Source of the DNA: a bacterium
GTDB lineage: Bacteria > UBA8248
NCBI GenBank assembly: GCA_965207065.1
Contig: OZ242260.1
Location: forward strand, 1,408,001-1,472,000
Direction: 5' to 3'
DNA length: 64,000 nucleotides
Of the stretch, positions 26,374 through 34,773 are shown piece after piece. A model generated the notes under the pieces. The model made no database searches and was not told the origin of the DNA. It saw only the letters and a list, made by a program, of their open reading frames with translations. Positions within the stretch are counted from its first letter, which is position 1. Every line of letters starts with the position of its first letter. The position numbers were made by a program, and so were the translations under genes.

Positions 26374-26411
26374 ACAAAAGAGCCCCGGCATTATTGCCGG
26401 GGCTCTTTTGT
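26374..26411. terminator. Bidirectional intrinsic terminator
   Basis: ACAAAAGAGCCCCGGCA-TTAT-TGCCGGGGCTCTTTTGT perfect inverted repeat between convergent genes. Confidence 0.9.
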
Positions 26412-26423
26412 GATCGACGCTTG

Positions 26424-28685
26424 TTAATGGCCGTTGCTATTGCCGTTTTTCTTCATGACCGCCCGGCAAACACGCTCGGGCGTAATGGGCAAATCGTAGA
26501 CTTCCGTGCCTATCGCATCATTGATGGCGAGGGCGACGGCGGCAGGCGCATTATTGCATGGAGGTTCTCCGACGCCGCGTGCGCCATATGGGCCTGCGCC
26601 CTCTCCACATTCAAGAACAACAGACTCAAACTCACCGATATCCGAGGAAGTGGGAATCAGATACTCGTGAAAGCTTTGTGATCGGCAGTCTCCTTCCACC
26701 ATGGTGATTTCCTCGTGCAGCGCATAGCCAATCCCCATCACCGCGCCGCCTTCGAATTGCCCCTCCACGCTTTGAGGATTCAGCGCGCGCCCGACGTCAT
26801 GGGAGGCGATGTGCTTCAAGAGATTCACTTCGCCGGTTTCGATATCGACTTCCACTTCGCTCGCATGAACGCCAAAAGTGTAGTCCGACCATCCGCCCAT
26901 GCCGTTCATATATCGCTCCGGATTCTCGTATTCATGGCCCGGCATGTTGTAGCCATGTGTGCAATGTAGCGCCTCACCCATTTTTTTGGCTTCGCCGGCC
27001 GCTGCACCGACGCCGACCCTTCTCTCGGGAGCGGAGGCCACCCACGCCTCGCCGCCTCCCACGCGAATGTCCTCTGCTGCAGCTTCGAGCAACGAGGCAG
27101 CGCCTTTGGTCACGGCTTTTCGAACCTCATCAGCGGCAAGTTGAACGGCGTGCCCCGCCATGAGTGTCTGGCGGGAACCCGCAGTGATGCCCGAGAGTGG
27201 CGTAGTAGCTGAATCGGACAAACGGGTGGAAACCTGATCGAGCCTGAGCCCCAGGGTTTCAGCCGTGATGCTTTGAAGGGTAGCGCCCTGGCCGGCGCCT
27301 ATATCCGGCGCGCTCACACGTACCACGGCGCTGCCATCCGGCTCGAGGTGTACCGCCGCATTCGCGTCGTCATTCGGCCTTCCGTAGCCGGTAATGTTCG
27401 CGGCCGCCGCCCGGCCGATACGTTTTCCCGGAGCTGGTTCTGTGGGTTTACCCAGGGCCTGTAGCGCGCTGTCGAGGCATCCTTCCAGGTTCGGTTCGTA
27501 AGGTATCTTCTGTCCGGTCGGCAGTTCCTGTCCTTTCTGGATGAAATTTTTCCGCCTGAATTCGTACTTGTCCAACCCGAGGGCATCTGCAACCAGGTTC
27601 ATTTGAGTCTCATATGCGAAGCAGACCTGGTTTGATCCAACGCCGCGCATCGCGTTGGTGATGGGATTGTTCGTGAGATAGCCGTGCGCACGAATTTTTA
27701 CGTTGGGTACATCATAAGGGCCCGCGGCGATGCACATCGCGCCCAGGAGGAACAAATTGGATTTATACGGATAGGCGCCAGCATCTCCTACGATATCCGC
27801 CTGAACGGCCAGGATTTTCCCGTCCCTGGTCGCTCCTGTTTTGTACTTCATATAGAAAGGATGTTTTTTCGAGGTGTTTCTAATGCCGTGCTCGCGGCCC
27901 AATACCATGACGGCGGGCCTTTGCGTATGCCAGGTGAGCAGCGCCAGGTAAGGTTCTACGGTCAGCATGCCCTTGGCGCCGAACCCGCCGCCGACGTAAG
28001 TGCCGAGGTGCCGGACGCGGCTATGCGAGATTCCTAAAATCGCCGCAATGGCGCGGTAGTATTCGATAAGCTGTGTGCCGACGCGGATGGTGATGACGCC
28101 GTCTTCTTCCATCCAGGAAGTACCGGAGGCCGGTTCCAGGAAGGCGTGTTCGGCAAGTTGCGTGGTGTATGTTTTCTCAATCACCACGTCGGCTTCGTCA
28201 AATGCTGTCTTCAAGTCTCCGCGAGTAACCTCAAAATCACATGCTTGTCGTTTTTCGGCGCTTGTTTCATCGTGACGCGTTGTCCACACGCCCTCTTCCG
28301 CCTCGATTTCCACTTCAATGGCCGCTATCGCGGCATCAAGCGCTTCTCTGTTTTCGGCTCCTACGATGGCGAGAGCGTCTCCGGTGAATTCAATTTTATC
28401 TTCCACCAGAACAGGCTGATGGGGCAGGCCCGGTGTGCCGGAGCCGAATCGCGCGTTTGTGCCCGGAATATCCTTTGCAGTCAGAATGGCGGCTACGCCC
28501 GGGATTTTTTCGGCTTTTGAAGTGTCGATTTTTTTCAGGCGGCCGACCGGGATGGGTGTAAACAATACGCCGCACTGCAGAGCCCCTGCAGGAACTGCAT
28601 CTTCTCCGTAGGGCATAGAGCCATCCGCTTTCGGAATCGCGTCGTATCGAACATTCGACTTGCCGATGATATCGTAATCGGCCAT
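26424..28685 (-). CDS. Xanthine dehydrogenase-family molybdopterin-binding (large) subunit
   Basis: EHAFLEP, VGGGFGAK, AMRGVG, DIGAGQG, AGSRQT, EGQFEGG, GARGVGEP; AAGGAG RBS before ATG at 28685. Confidence 0.92.
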   Translation of the reverse strand: MADYDIIGKSNVRYDAIPKADGSMPYGEDAVPAGALQCGVLFTPIPVGRLKKIDTSKAEKIPGVAAILTAKDIPGTNARFGSGTPGLPHQPVLVEDKIEFTGDALAIVGAENREALDAAIAAIEVEIEAEEGVWTTRHDETSAEKRQACDFEVTRGDLKTAFDEADVVIEKTYTTQLAEHAFLEPASGTSWMEEDGVITIRVGTQLIEYYRAIAAILGISHSRVRHLGTYVGGGFGAKGMLTVEPYLALLTWHTQRPAVMVLGREHGIRNTSKKHPFYMKYKTGATRDGKILAVQADIVGDAGAYPYKSNLFLLGAMCIAAGPYDVPNVKIRAHGYLTNNPITNAMRGVGSNQVCFAYETQMNLVADALGLDKYEFRRKNFIQKGQELPTGQKIPYEPNLEGCLDSALQALGKPTEPAPGKRIGRAAAANITGYGRPNDDANAAVHLEPDGSAVVRVSAPDIGAGQGATLQSITAETLGLRLDQVSTRLSDSATTPLSGITAGSRQTLMAGHAVQLAADEVRKAVTKGAASLLEAAAEDIRVGGGEAWVASAPERRVGVGAAAGEAKKMGEALHCTHGYNMPGHEYENPERYMNGMGGWSDYTFGVHASEVEVDIETGEVNLLKHIASHDVGRALNPQSVEGQFEGGAVMGIGYALHEEITMVEGDCRSQSFHEYLIPTSSDIGEFESVVLECGEGAGPYGARGVGEPPCNNAPAAVALAINDAIGTEVYDLPITPERVCRAVMKKNGNSNGH

Positions 28686-28879
28686 TTGTCTGCTCCTTAA
28701 GGTAAGAGGATATCCGTGAATTAGATTTGATTCTGCCAAATTTCGGCGAAACTGAGAAGCGGATAAAACATCATTTGTTTTTTTCATATAAAATTGATTG
28801 GGCTGATATCGTAGACAAGGAATAAATTGCGGGATATGATTTGACTTCGGTTGAATTCACATATCAATTGGAGAAAACC

Positions 28880-29410
28880 ATGGCGAACGGAATGGGATTC
28901 ATTGATCCGACGGCGGGAGGGTCGGCCGCGCGAATCGAGCTTGCGCAAAGGCCCGGCGATCTTTCGGGTAAGGTGGTGGGGCTCCTCGACAACACCAAAG
29001 AACAAGCGGATATCATTTTGGAAACCTTGGGGAATGCCCTCCGCGAGCAATACGACGTGGCCAGAGTCATTTCGATGCGAAAAGAGCATTACTCGAAGCC
29101 TGCCACTGATGAAATGATCGAAGAAATGGCCCAGGAGGTGGATGTGGCGATAGCCGCATTGGGAGGCTGAGGCTCCTGCACGTTGTGCAGTGTGCACGAC
29201 ACGGTTGAATTTGAAAAACGGGGCATTCCTTCAACGACCATCATCACCGAGGCGTTCAAGAACGCGGCGGACTTTCAATTCCGTGGCAAGGGCATGGAAG
29301 GGCATCCTTATATTCAGTTGCCTCATCCGGTCAGCAATTTGCAGCCTGATGAAATGAGAGACACGACGCTGAAGTTTGTTGAAGAAGTGGCCGGCCACCT
29401 GAAAAGCTGA
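28880..29410 (+). CDS. UGSC family selenoprotein, 176 aa, Sec UGA at 29168-29170
   Basis: ORFs ending 29170 and starting 29183 are in frame; readthrough gives AALGG-U-GSCTLCSVHDTVEFEKRGIP; homologous to the N-terminal part of 2876-4486; SECIS-like hairpin. Confidence 0.9.
29182..29200 (+). promoter_or_regulatory. Bacterial SECIS-like hairpin
   Basis: UGA + 11 nt + GUUGUGCA-GUG-UGCACGAC (8-bp stem with one U-G pair). Confidence 0.75.
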
Positions 29411-29452
29411 TCCGAATTATAGAGAAAAAGTATTTTCCAGGAGGAAGGGTAC

Positions 29453-30235
29453 GTGCGCGAATTTGAAACAATTTCCTATACGGAAGAAAATGGATTGGCG
29501 GTAGTGAAGTTTAACCGCCCGGAGAGTCTGAACGCGATCAGTTTCAAGATGGCGGAAGAATTCGTGGAATTGGCGCGAACCCTGGCCGACGCGGGGAATG
29601 TGCGTGTGGTCATTCTTACTGGAGAGGGACGTGGTTTCAGCACGGGCCGCGACCTGAAAGAAAGCACCACGCATACGAAGGAGATGGCCGATCAATACCA
29701 GCGCTATGTGATGACGGCGACGTCTCTATGGGCACGCTTGCCAATGCCTACCATCGCTGCGATCAACGGCCATACGTTCGGCTGGGGCGTCGAAATTACA
29801 TTAGTATGCGATATCAGACTGGCCGCTGAAGAAGCCACTCTTTGTTTTCCGGAATGCAGCCTTGGTATTTTCCCGGGGGCCGGCGGCGTAGTCTGGCTTC
29901 AAAGGATCATGCCGGCCGGTCAGGCGAAGGAATTGGTTTACACGAGCAAGCGTATCGATGGAAATGAAGCCGAGCGCATCGGCTTGGTGAATAAGGCGCA
30001 TCCGCTGGATGTGCTGATGGATGAAGCGACAGCCATCGCTGAGAAAATCAGGGACAATGGCCCCTTGGGTGTTCGTGGCGCGAAAAAAGCAATTGATCAG
30101 ACGCTCGATATGCCGCTCTCTCAGGCTATCGAATTTTCAAATGCCCTCAGGTTGCCGTTGAATCACACCAAGGATTTCGCCGAGGCGCTGCAGGCGTTCA
30201 AAGAGAAGAGGAAACCCGTATTTACCGGAGAATAA
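29453..30235 (+). CDS. Enoyl-CoA hydratase/isomerase family protein
   Basis: FNRPESLNA, FSTGRDLK, PTIAAING..GWGVE, FPECSLG, KRKPVFTGE. Confidence 0.92.
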   Translation: MREFETISYTEENGLAVVKFNRPESLNAISFKMAEEFVELARTLADAGNVRVVILTGEGRGFSTGRDLKESTTHTKEMADQYQRYVMTATSLWARLPMPTIAAINGHTFGWGVEITLVCDIRLAAEEATLCFPECSLGIFPGAGGVVWLQRIMPAGQAKELVYTSKRIDGNEAERIGLVNKAHPLDVLMDEATAIAEKIRDNGPLGVRGAKKAIDQTLDMPLSQAIEFSNALRLPLNHTKDFAEALQAFKEKRKPVFTGE

Positions 30236-30260
30236 AGAAGTTGGAATTTCCATGAAACAT

Positions 30261-30293
30261 AGAGCCTGTCCCATTTAGAGGACGGGCTTTTTG
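30261..30293 (+). terminator. Intrinsic terminator
   Basis: AGCCTGTCC / GGACGGGCT stem followed by a T-tract. Confidence 0.6.
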
Positions 30294-30309
30294 TTCATTG
30301 TGGCGGGAT

Positions 30310-31011
30310 ATGAACAGAAACCTCCTCATCACAGATAACGAATCCCAAGTCGCGAGCATTACCGTGAATCGGCCGGAAGCGCGAAATGCGTTCAATACGC
30401 CATTGATGGAAGCCATGTGTCTGGAGATGGGTGAAATTGAAATATCGCCTGATATTAAAGTCCTTATCGTGACGGGTGCGGGAAGCTCTTTTTCTTCGGG
30501 ACGCGACCTCAAGGAAAGCGCCACCCATACGAAAAAACAGGCGAAACGATTCATGATGTTGGGCGAACGGTGGAGTACGGCCCTTCGTGAACTACCCATC
30601 CCGACAATAGCAGCGGTGAATGGCCCCGCCTTCGGGTGGGGGATGGTGTTGATGCTCTCTTGCGATATTCGTGTTGCGGTGGACGACGCCGTTTTGGGTT
30701 ATCCGGAGACTGCGTTGGGAGTATTTCCTGGAGGAGACGCCACAGTTCGTCTGACGCGTCAGATTTTTGTTCCATCCGTGAAAGATCTAGTGCTCACGGG
30801 CAGAAGATTTGATGCGAAAGAGGGATATCGCTTAGGATTGGTGAATCGCATCACATCGCAAAGAGACCTGATGAGGGAAACTCGCGCTCTGGCGAATAAA
30901 ATTGCGCAACACCCGCCGGAGAGATTAAAAGCGATGAAGTCAAAGTTTTTGAAAATCGAAGCGATGCCGCGCTTTGGCCATTTGTCGGTAGCCGAGAAAG
31001 TCGATCGATGA
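30310..31011 (+). CDS. Enoyl-CoA hydratase/isomerase family protein (paralogue of the preceding gene)
   Basis: VNRPEARNA, FSSGRDLKES, PTIAAVNG, YPETALG. Confidence 0.88.
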   Translation: MNRNLLITDNESQVASITVNRPEARNAFNTPLMEAMCLEMGEIEISPDIKVLIVTGAGSSFSSGRDLKESATHTKKQAKRFMMLGERWSTALRELPIPTIAAVNGPAFGWGMVLMLSCDIRVAVDDAVLGYPETALGVFPGGDATVRLTRQIFVPSVKDLVLTGRRFDAKEGYRLGLVNRITSQRDLMRETRALANKIAQHPPERLKAMKSKFLKIEAMPRFGHLSVAEKVDR

Positions 31012-31391
31012 AAGTCAGGGAGTGCTTTTTGCAGGCGGTAGCGATTGTTGGAGTGGAAGAAGAAGCCAGAGAAACCTGGGCGGCCATGAACAGGATAAAC
31101 GCGCCTTGGGCGGCGATTTTTCATGGTACGCACTTGGTTGGCGTCGTAAACAAAAAAGACCTCGATTCGTTTCTTCGTGTGCCCGAGGTATTTCAAAGAG
31201 TGGGAGAGGTCGCCAAAACGGATATGCCTTCGAGACGAGGAATATCGCTGTCCCCGGACACGGATTTGAACGAGGCTGTTCTTCGGCTTGAAATGGCGGG
31301 AGCGGATGCCGCTTTTGTCGAGGGCGACGGCAGACCGCATGGCGTCATGGAGATGGGAGCAGCCAATCGCGCATTGTCTCGTTCTTCATGA
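31008..31391 (+). CDS. CBS-domain-like protein
   Basis: MKVRE start, LVGVV, LSPDTDLNEAV, PHGVM pattern; ATGA overlap with the upstream gene. Confidence 0.6.
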   Translation: MKVRECFLQAVAIVGVEEEARETWAAMNRINAPWAAIFHGTHLVGVVNKKDLDSFLRVPEVFQRVGEVAKTDMPSRRGISLSPDTDLNEAVLRLEMAGADAAFVEGDGRPHGVMEMGAANRALSRSS

Positions 31392-31466
31392 TGCGTATTT
31401 GTTTTCCCTTAGGGTAACCGAATCATTCGCCTCTCTTTCATGGGGTGATTGACGGGAGGAGCGTCC

Positions 31467-32663
31467 ATGGAATTCACTTTGAATGATGAGCAAAAACGGA
31501 TTCAGGGAATAGCCAGGAAATTTTCCTATGAAGAACTTGCTCCGGTGGCTCCCGAGCGTGACCGCATTCAGAACTGGGAAGAGCGCATGCCGTGGGATCT
31601 GACCGAAAAAGCAAGCGCTTTGGGCTTGAGGCAACTTCCATACCCAAAAGAATATGGTGGAATGGGTGCCGATGTGCTTTCGTGTTGTTTGGCGGGCGAG
31701 GAACTTGCCGCGGGTGATCTGGGTTTTGCGGTGAACCTGGATCAGACATGGAAGCTGTCCCATATCCTGGAAAAAGTAGAGCCTGAAGTCAGAGACCCCT
31801 GGTTAAAACGCTTGTGCGAAGAACCAAGATTCCTGGCTGCGATTTCCATGACGGAAGAAGGAGCAGGGACAGACCATCAGGGCTATTACGATGATCCCTC
31901 CATTGCGCTTTATGCGCATGCGGAGAAAGAAGGTGGTAAATGGATCATCAATGGCAAGAAGCGCTATGTCAGCAATGGTCCTATCGCGTCGTTATACGTA
32001 TTAGCGGCGAGAACCGACCTCAGTAAAAACTTGAGGGAGGGCTTAACCGGCTTTCTGGTTCCAAGAGAGACTCCCGGCATATCGATAGGCGAGGTGCATG
32101 AAAAAATTGGCCAGCGCCTTTCGATGAATTCAGAAATTTTCTATGAAGACATCGAGATCCCCGAAAACCATATTATCTTAGGTGAAGGAAACATGTTCGA
32201 GATCAGGGGCAATCTCCTGTCGATGGGGAAACCGGAAGCAGCCGCTACAGCCTTGGGAGTTGGACGAGCCGCGTTCGAGAAAGCGCTGGCTTACAGCCGC
32301 GAACGTGTCCAGGGCGGTAAGCCTATCGGCCAGCATCAGGCGATAGAAACCATACTCGCCGATATGGCGATGAATCTGGACATTGCGCGCACATATATCT
32401 GGCGCACCGCCTGGGCGGTGGACCATCAAAAGCCATATGATTTCACGCAAGGATGGAAATGCAAAGTTTTCGCTTCGGAGGTCGCCTTTGATTGCGCGCG
32501 CCTGGGCATGGAGGTATTCGGTGGCGCAGGCATCATGCACGACGCTCCCATGGAGAAATACCTTCGGGACGCCAGTACGTTCCTGCATTCAGACGGTACG
32601 AATCAGATCTTGCGGTTAAGGACCGGGCAAGCCTATGTGAAAGGAGTGGCCACGGCGTTTTAG
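31467..32663 (+). CDS. Acyl-CoA dehydrogenase
   Basis: PKEYGG, MTEEGAGTD, INGKKRYVSNG, KIGQR, RVQGGKPI, FGGAG, DGTNQILR. Confidence 0.93.
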   Translation: MEFTLNDEQKRIQGIARKFSYEELAPVAPERDRIQNWEERMPWDLTEKASALGLRQLPYPKEYGGMGADVLSCCLAGEELAAGDLGFAVNLDQTWKLSHILEKVEPEVRDPWLKRLCEEPRFLAAISMTEEGAGTDHQGYYDDPSIALYAHAEKEGGKWIINGKKRYVSNGPIASLYVLAARTDLSKNLREGLTGFLVPRETPGISIGEVHEKIGQRLSMNSEIFYEDIEIPENHIILGEGNMFEIRGNLLSMGKPEAAATALGVGRAAFEKALAYSRERVQGGKPIGQHQAIETILADMAMNLDIARTYIWRTAWAVDHQKPYDFTQGWKCKVFASEVAFDCARLGMEVFGGAGIMHDAPMEKYLRDASTFLHSDGTNQILRLRTGQAYVKGVATAF

Positions 32664-32686
32664 CGGTATGAAAAGGAGAATTTGAG

Positions 32687-33238
32687 ATGACGCGCCGGGT
32701 GGATAAATGGCGGCAGGGTGAATTGTTCCAGAAAGACGGGGAATCGCTGGAAAATCATGTTGCCGAGTGGCTCCAGAAAGTGCGTGCGGAATTCTCCGTG
32801 TTTGTATCGGATGAAGGTATTGCGGAAATCAGGATGCTGGATGGTGTGGAAAAGCCTCTCGTGGCGGATCATGCGAGGGAGCAATCAACGCCGTTGAGTC
32901 GTCAAGCTTCAAAAGAGATAGAAGAGTATCTGAGGGGCACGCGAAAAAGTTTCAAGTTGAAGGCGGACCTCTCCTCTCTCACGCCTTTCATGATCAAAGT
33001 ACTAAATGAGACGGAAAATATTCCTTATGGCGAGACGCGTTCCTACGGTTGGGTGGCGAATCAGATAGGAAACCCGAAAGCTTCGCGCGCTGTAGGCCAG
33101 GCGTTACATAGAAATCCCGTTCCTCTTGTAATACCATGACACCGCGTCATCGCGGGCTCGGGTGAGCTCGGCGGATTCGCAAGCAGCGTTTCTTTGAAGT
33201 TGGCGCTCCTGTTCCATGAGATGAACCACAAAAGTTAG
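32687..33238 (+). CDS. ogt: Methylated-DNA-protein-cysteine S-methyltransferase with predicted Sec at the active site (PUHRV), 183 aa
   Basis: IPYGETRSY, ASRAVG, NPVPLVIP-TGA-HRVIAGSGELGGF...KLALLFHE; the UGA (33137-33139) sits exactly at the Cys of PCHRV; hairpin 11 nt downstream. Confidence 0.9.
33151..33173 (+). promoter_or_regulatory. Bacterial SECIS-like hairpin
   Basis: UGA + 11 nt + CGCGGGCUC-GGGU-GAGCUC(G)GCG, 9-bp stem with one bulge, G-rich loop. Confidence 0.7.
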
Positions 33239-33287
33239 GACGTGCGGATTTCGCTTGGGCGCATTCTAAAATCTTGGGGGATGGAAG

Positions 33288-33863
33288 ATGTCTGAAAAGA
33301 TGAATGATTTTATCAACCAGGTTCGCGAAATTGTAAAAACAGGCGGTACCGAAGAAGAAGTAACTGCTCGAGTAGCGGTGGTTCTTGAACCGATTTTGGA
33401 TGAGCCGAACCTCTTGAGTGCCGACCAACTGTTAGTGAAAAAAGAAGGATTTACGCTCAACCGGATTCATGTCGAACCGGATGAGAGTTTCTCTATAGGC
33501 GCCGGCATATGGGATGTGGGTCAGACCACCCCGATTCATGATCATGGCACATGGGGGGTAATAGGCATATACCGTGGAATGGAGAACGAAGAGAGTTTTT
33601 TGCGTGAAGGTCCGCGCGAAGAGGGCGCTCGCGTAAATCTCAAGCCGCAGGGGAAACGCCTGGCAGGGCCTGGGGATGTTTTCGTCTGCTGTACGAAGGA
33701 CCAGGATGTGCACCGTGTTAGCTGTGCTTCGCCTGAGCCTGTTGTGGGCATTCATGTCTATGGTGATGATCTCGCCAAGCTAACGCGCTATAAATATGAG
33801 GAATCAACCGGCGAGGTGAACTTGTTTGTCACAGGTTGGGATTACGCGAAACAATCCGTTTGA
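33288..33863 (+). CDS. Cysteine dioxygenase-like thiol dioxygenase (cupin)
   Basis: TPIHDHGTWG, DVHRV, GIHVYG. Confidence 0.85.
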   Translation: MSEKMNDFINQVREIVKTGGTEEEVTARVAVVLEPILDEPNLLSADQLLVKKEGFTLNRIHVEPDESFSIGAGIWDVGQTTPIHDHGTWGVIGIYRGMENEESFLREGPREEGARVNLKPQGKRLAGPGDVFVCCTKDQDVHRVSCASPEPVVGIHVYGDDLAKLTRYKYEESTGEVNLFVTGWDYAKQSV

Positions 33864-33976
33864 TTTCTAAAACCAGGCGTGCGGATCACTGAAGTCACTC
33901 GATGATTTTTTCTGGAAAATCATCAACGAACGACTGCCCTGCAAAGATCAGCGTTTAGTTGAAACTATCACCCTAT

Positions 33977-34681
33977 CTACCAAGGCATGGGATTTCTGTC
34001 CTGGAAGTACCCACCGGTAGGCCCGTCCTTCGGCAATAAAGCGAGCCATACGGGCGTATCCGCTCCCTCGTCTATTGATTTTGAGGCGCCCCGACCGCCC
34101 ATGTCGGTTCTCACCCATCCTGGATGGCAACAATTGACCAACACGCCGGTTCCCTGGAATTCACTGGCCAGTACTTTCGTCATCGCATTCAGTGCGGTTT
34201 TTGTGATTCTGTATGCGGGAGAGCCTCCTCCCATGCTGGCGAGAGAGCCCATGCCGCTTGAGACGTTCACGATTCTACCTGCTGAGCTTTTTTTCAGAAG
34301 AGGGGCCAGGGCCTGGCACAGCATGAGAGGGCCATAGAGGTTGGTTTCCATCATTTCGCGGACTATTTCGACGGGAACGTCCAACCCCATCATACCGGCA
34401 TCTTTTCTGATAGCCGCGTTGTTGATCAGGATATCCAGATGACCGAATTCATTGGTCAAAAAGCTGGCTAGCGAATCAATGCTGTTCCGGTCGGTGACAT
34501 CTAGGGGATGGAATATTACTTCCAGCCCTTCTTTTTTCAGCTGTTCTTCAGCGGTTTCACCCTTGGAGGCATCTCGCGCTGTCAGGATAGTTTTGACCCC
34601 TTGCTCTGTCAGCGCCCGGCAAATCCCGAAACCAATGCCCTTGTTGCCGCCTGTTACGACGGCGATTTTCTCGTCAGGCAA
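33977..34681 (-). CDS. Short-chain dehydrogenase/reductase (carbonyl reductase-like)
   Basis: TGGNKGIG, NNAA, VSS, YRITK, HPGWVRTDMGG. Confidence 0.93.
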   Translation of the reverse strand: MPDEKIAVVTGGNKGIGFGICRALTEQGVKTILTARDASKGETAEEQLKKEGLEVIFHPLDVTDRNSIDSLASFLTNEFGHLDILINNAAIRKDAGMMGLDVPVEIVREMMETNLYGPLMLCQALAPLLKKSSAGRIVNVSSGMGSLASMGGGSPAYRITKTALNAMTKVLASEFQGTGVLVNCCHPGWVRTDMGGRGASKSIDEGADTPVWLALLPKDGPTGGYFQDRNPMPW

Positions 34682-34773
34682 CTTTCATCTCCCTTGTCTG
34701 TATGGATCACTGGTTCATTTCCACTGCGTGTTATAACATACAGGTAAGTAGTCTCACCCGGACATATCCAAGA

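Noticed and set aside
32687-33139. ogt as a nonsense pseudogene
   Set aside because: The stop is exactly at the catalytic Cys, the downstream frame is intact, and a hairpin follows at the same 11-nt offset as in the other two Sec genes.
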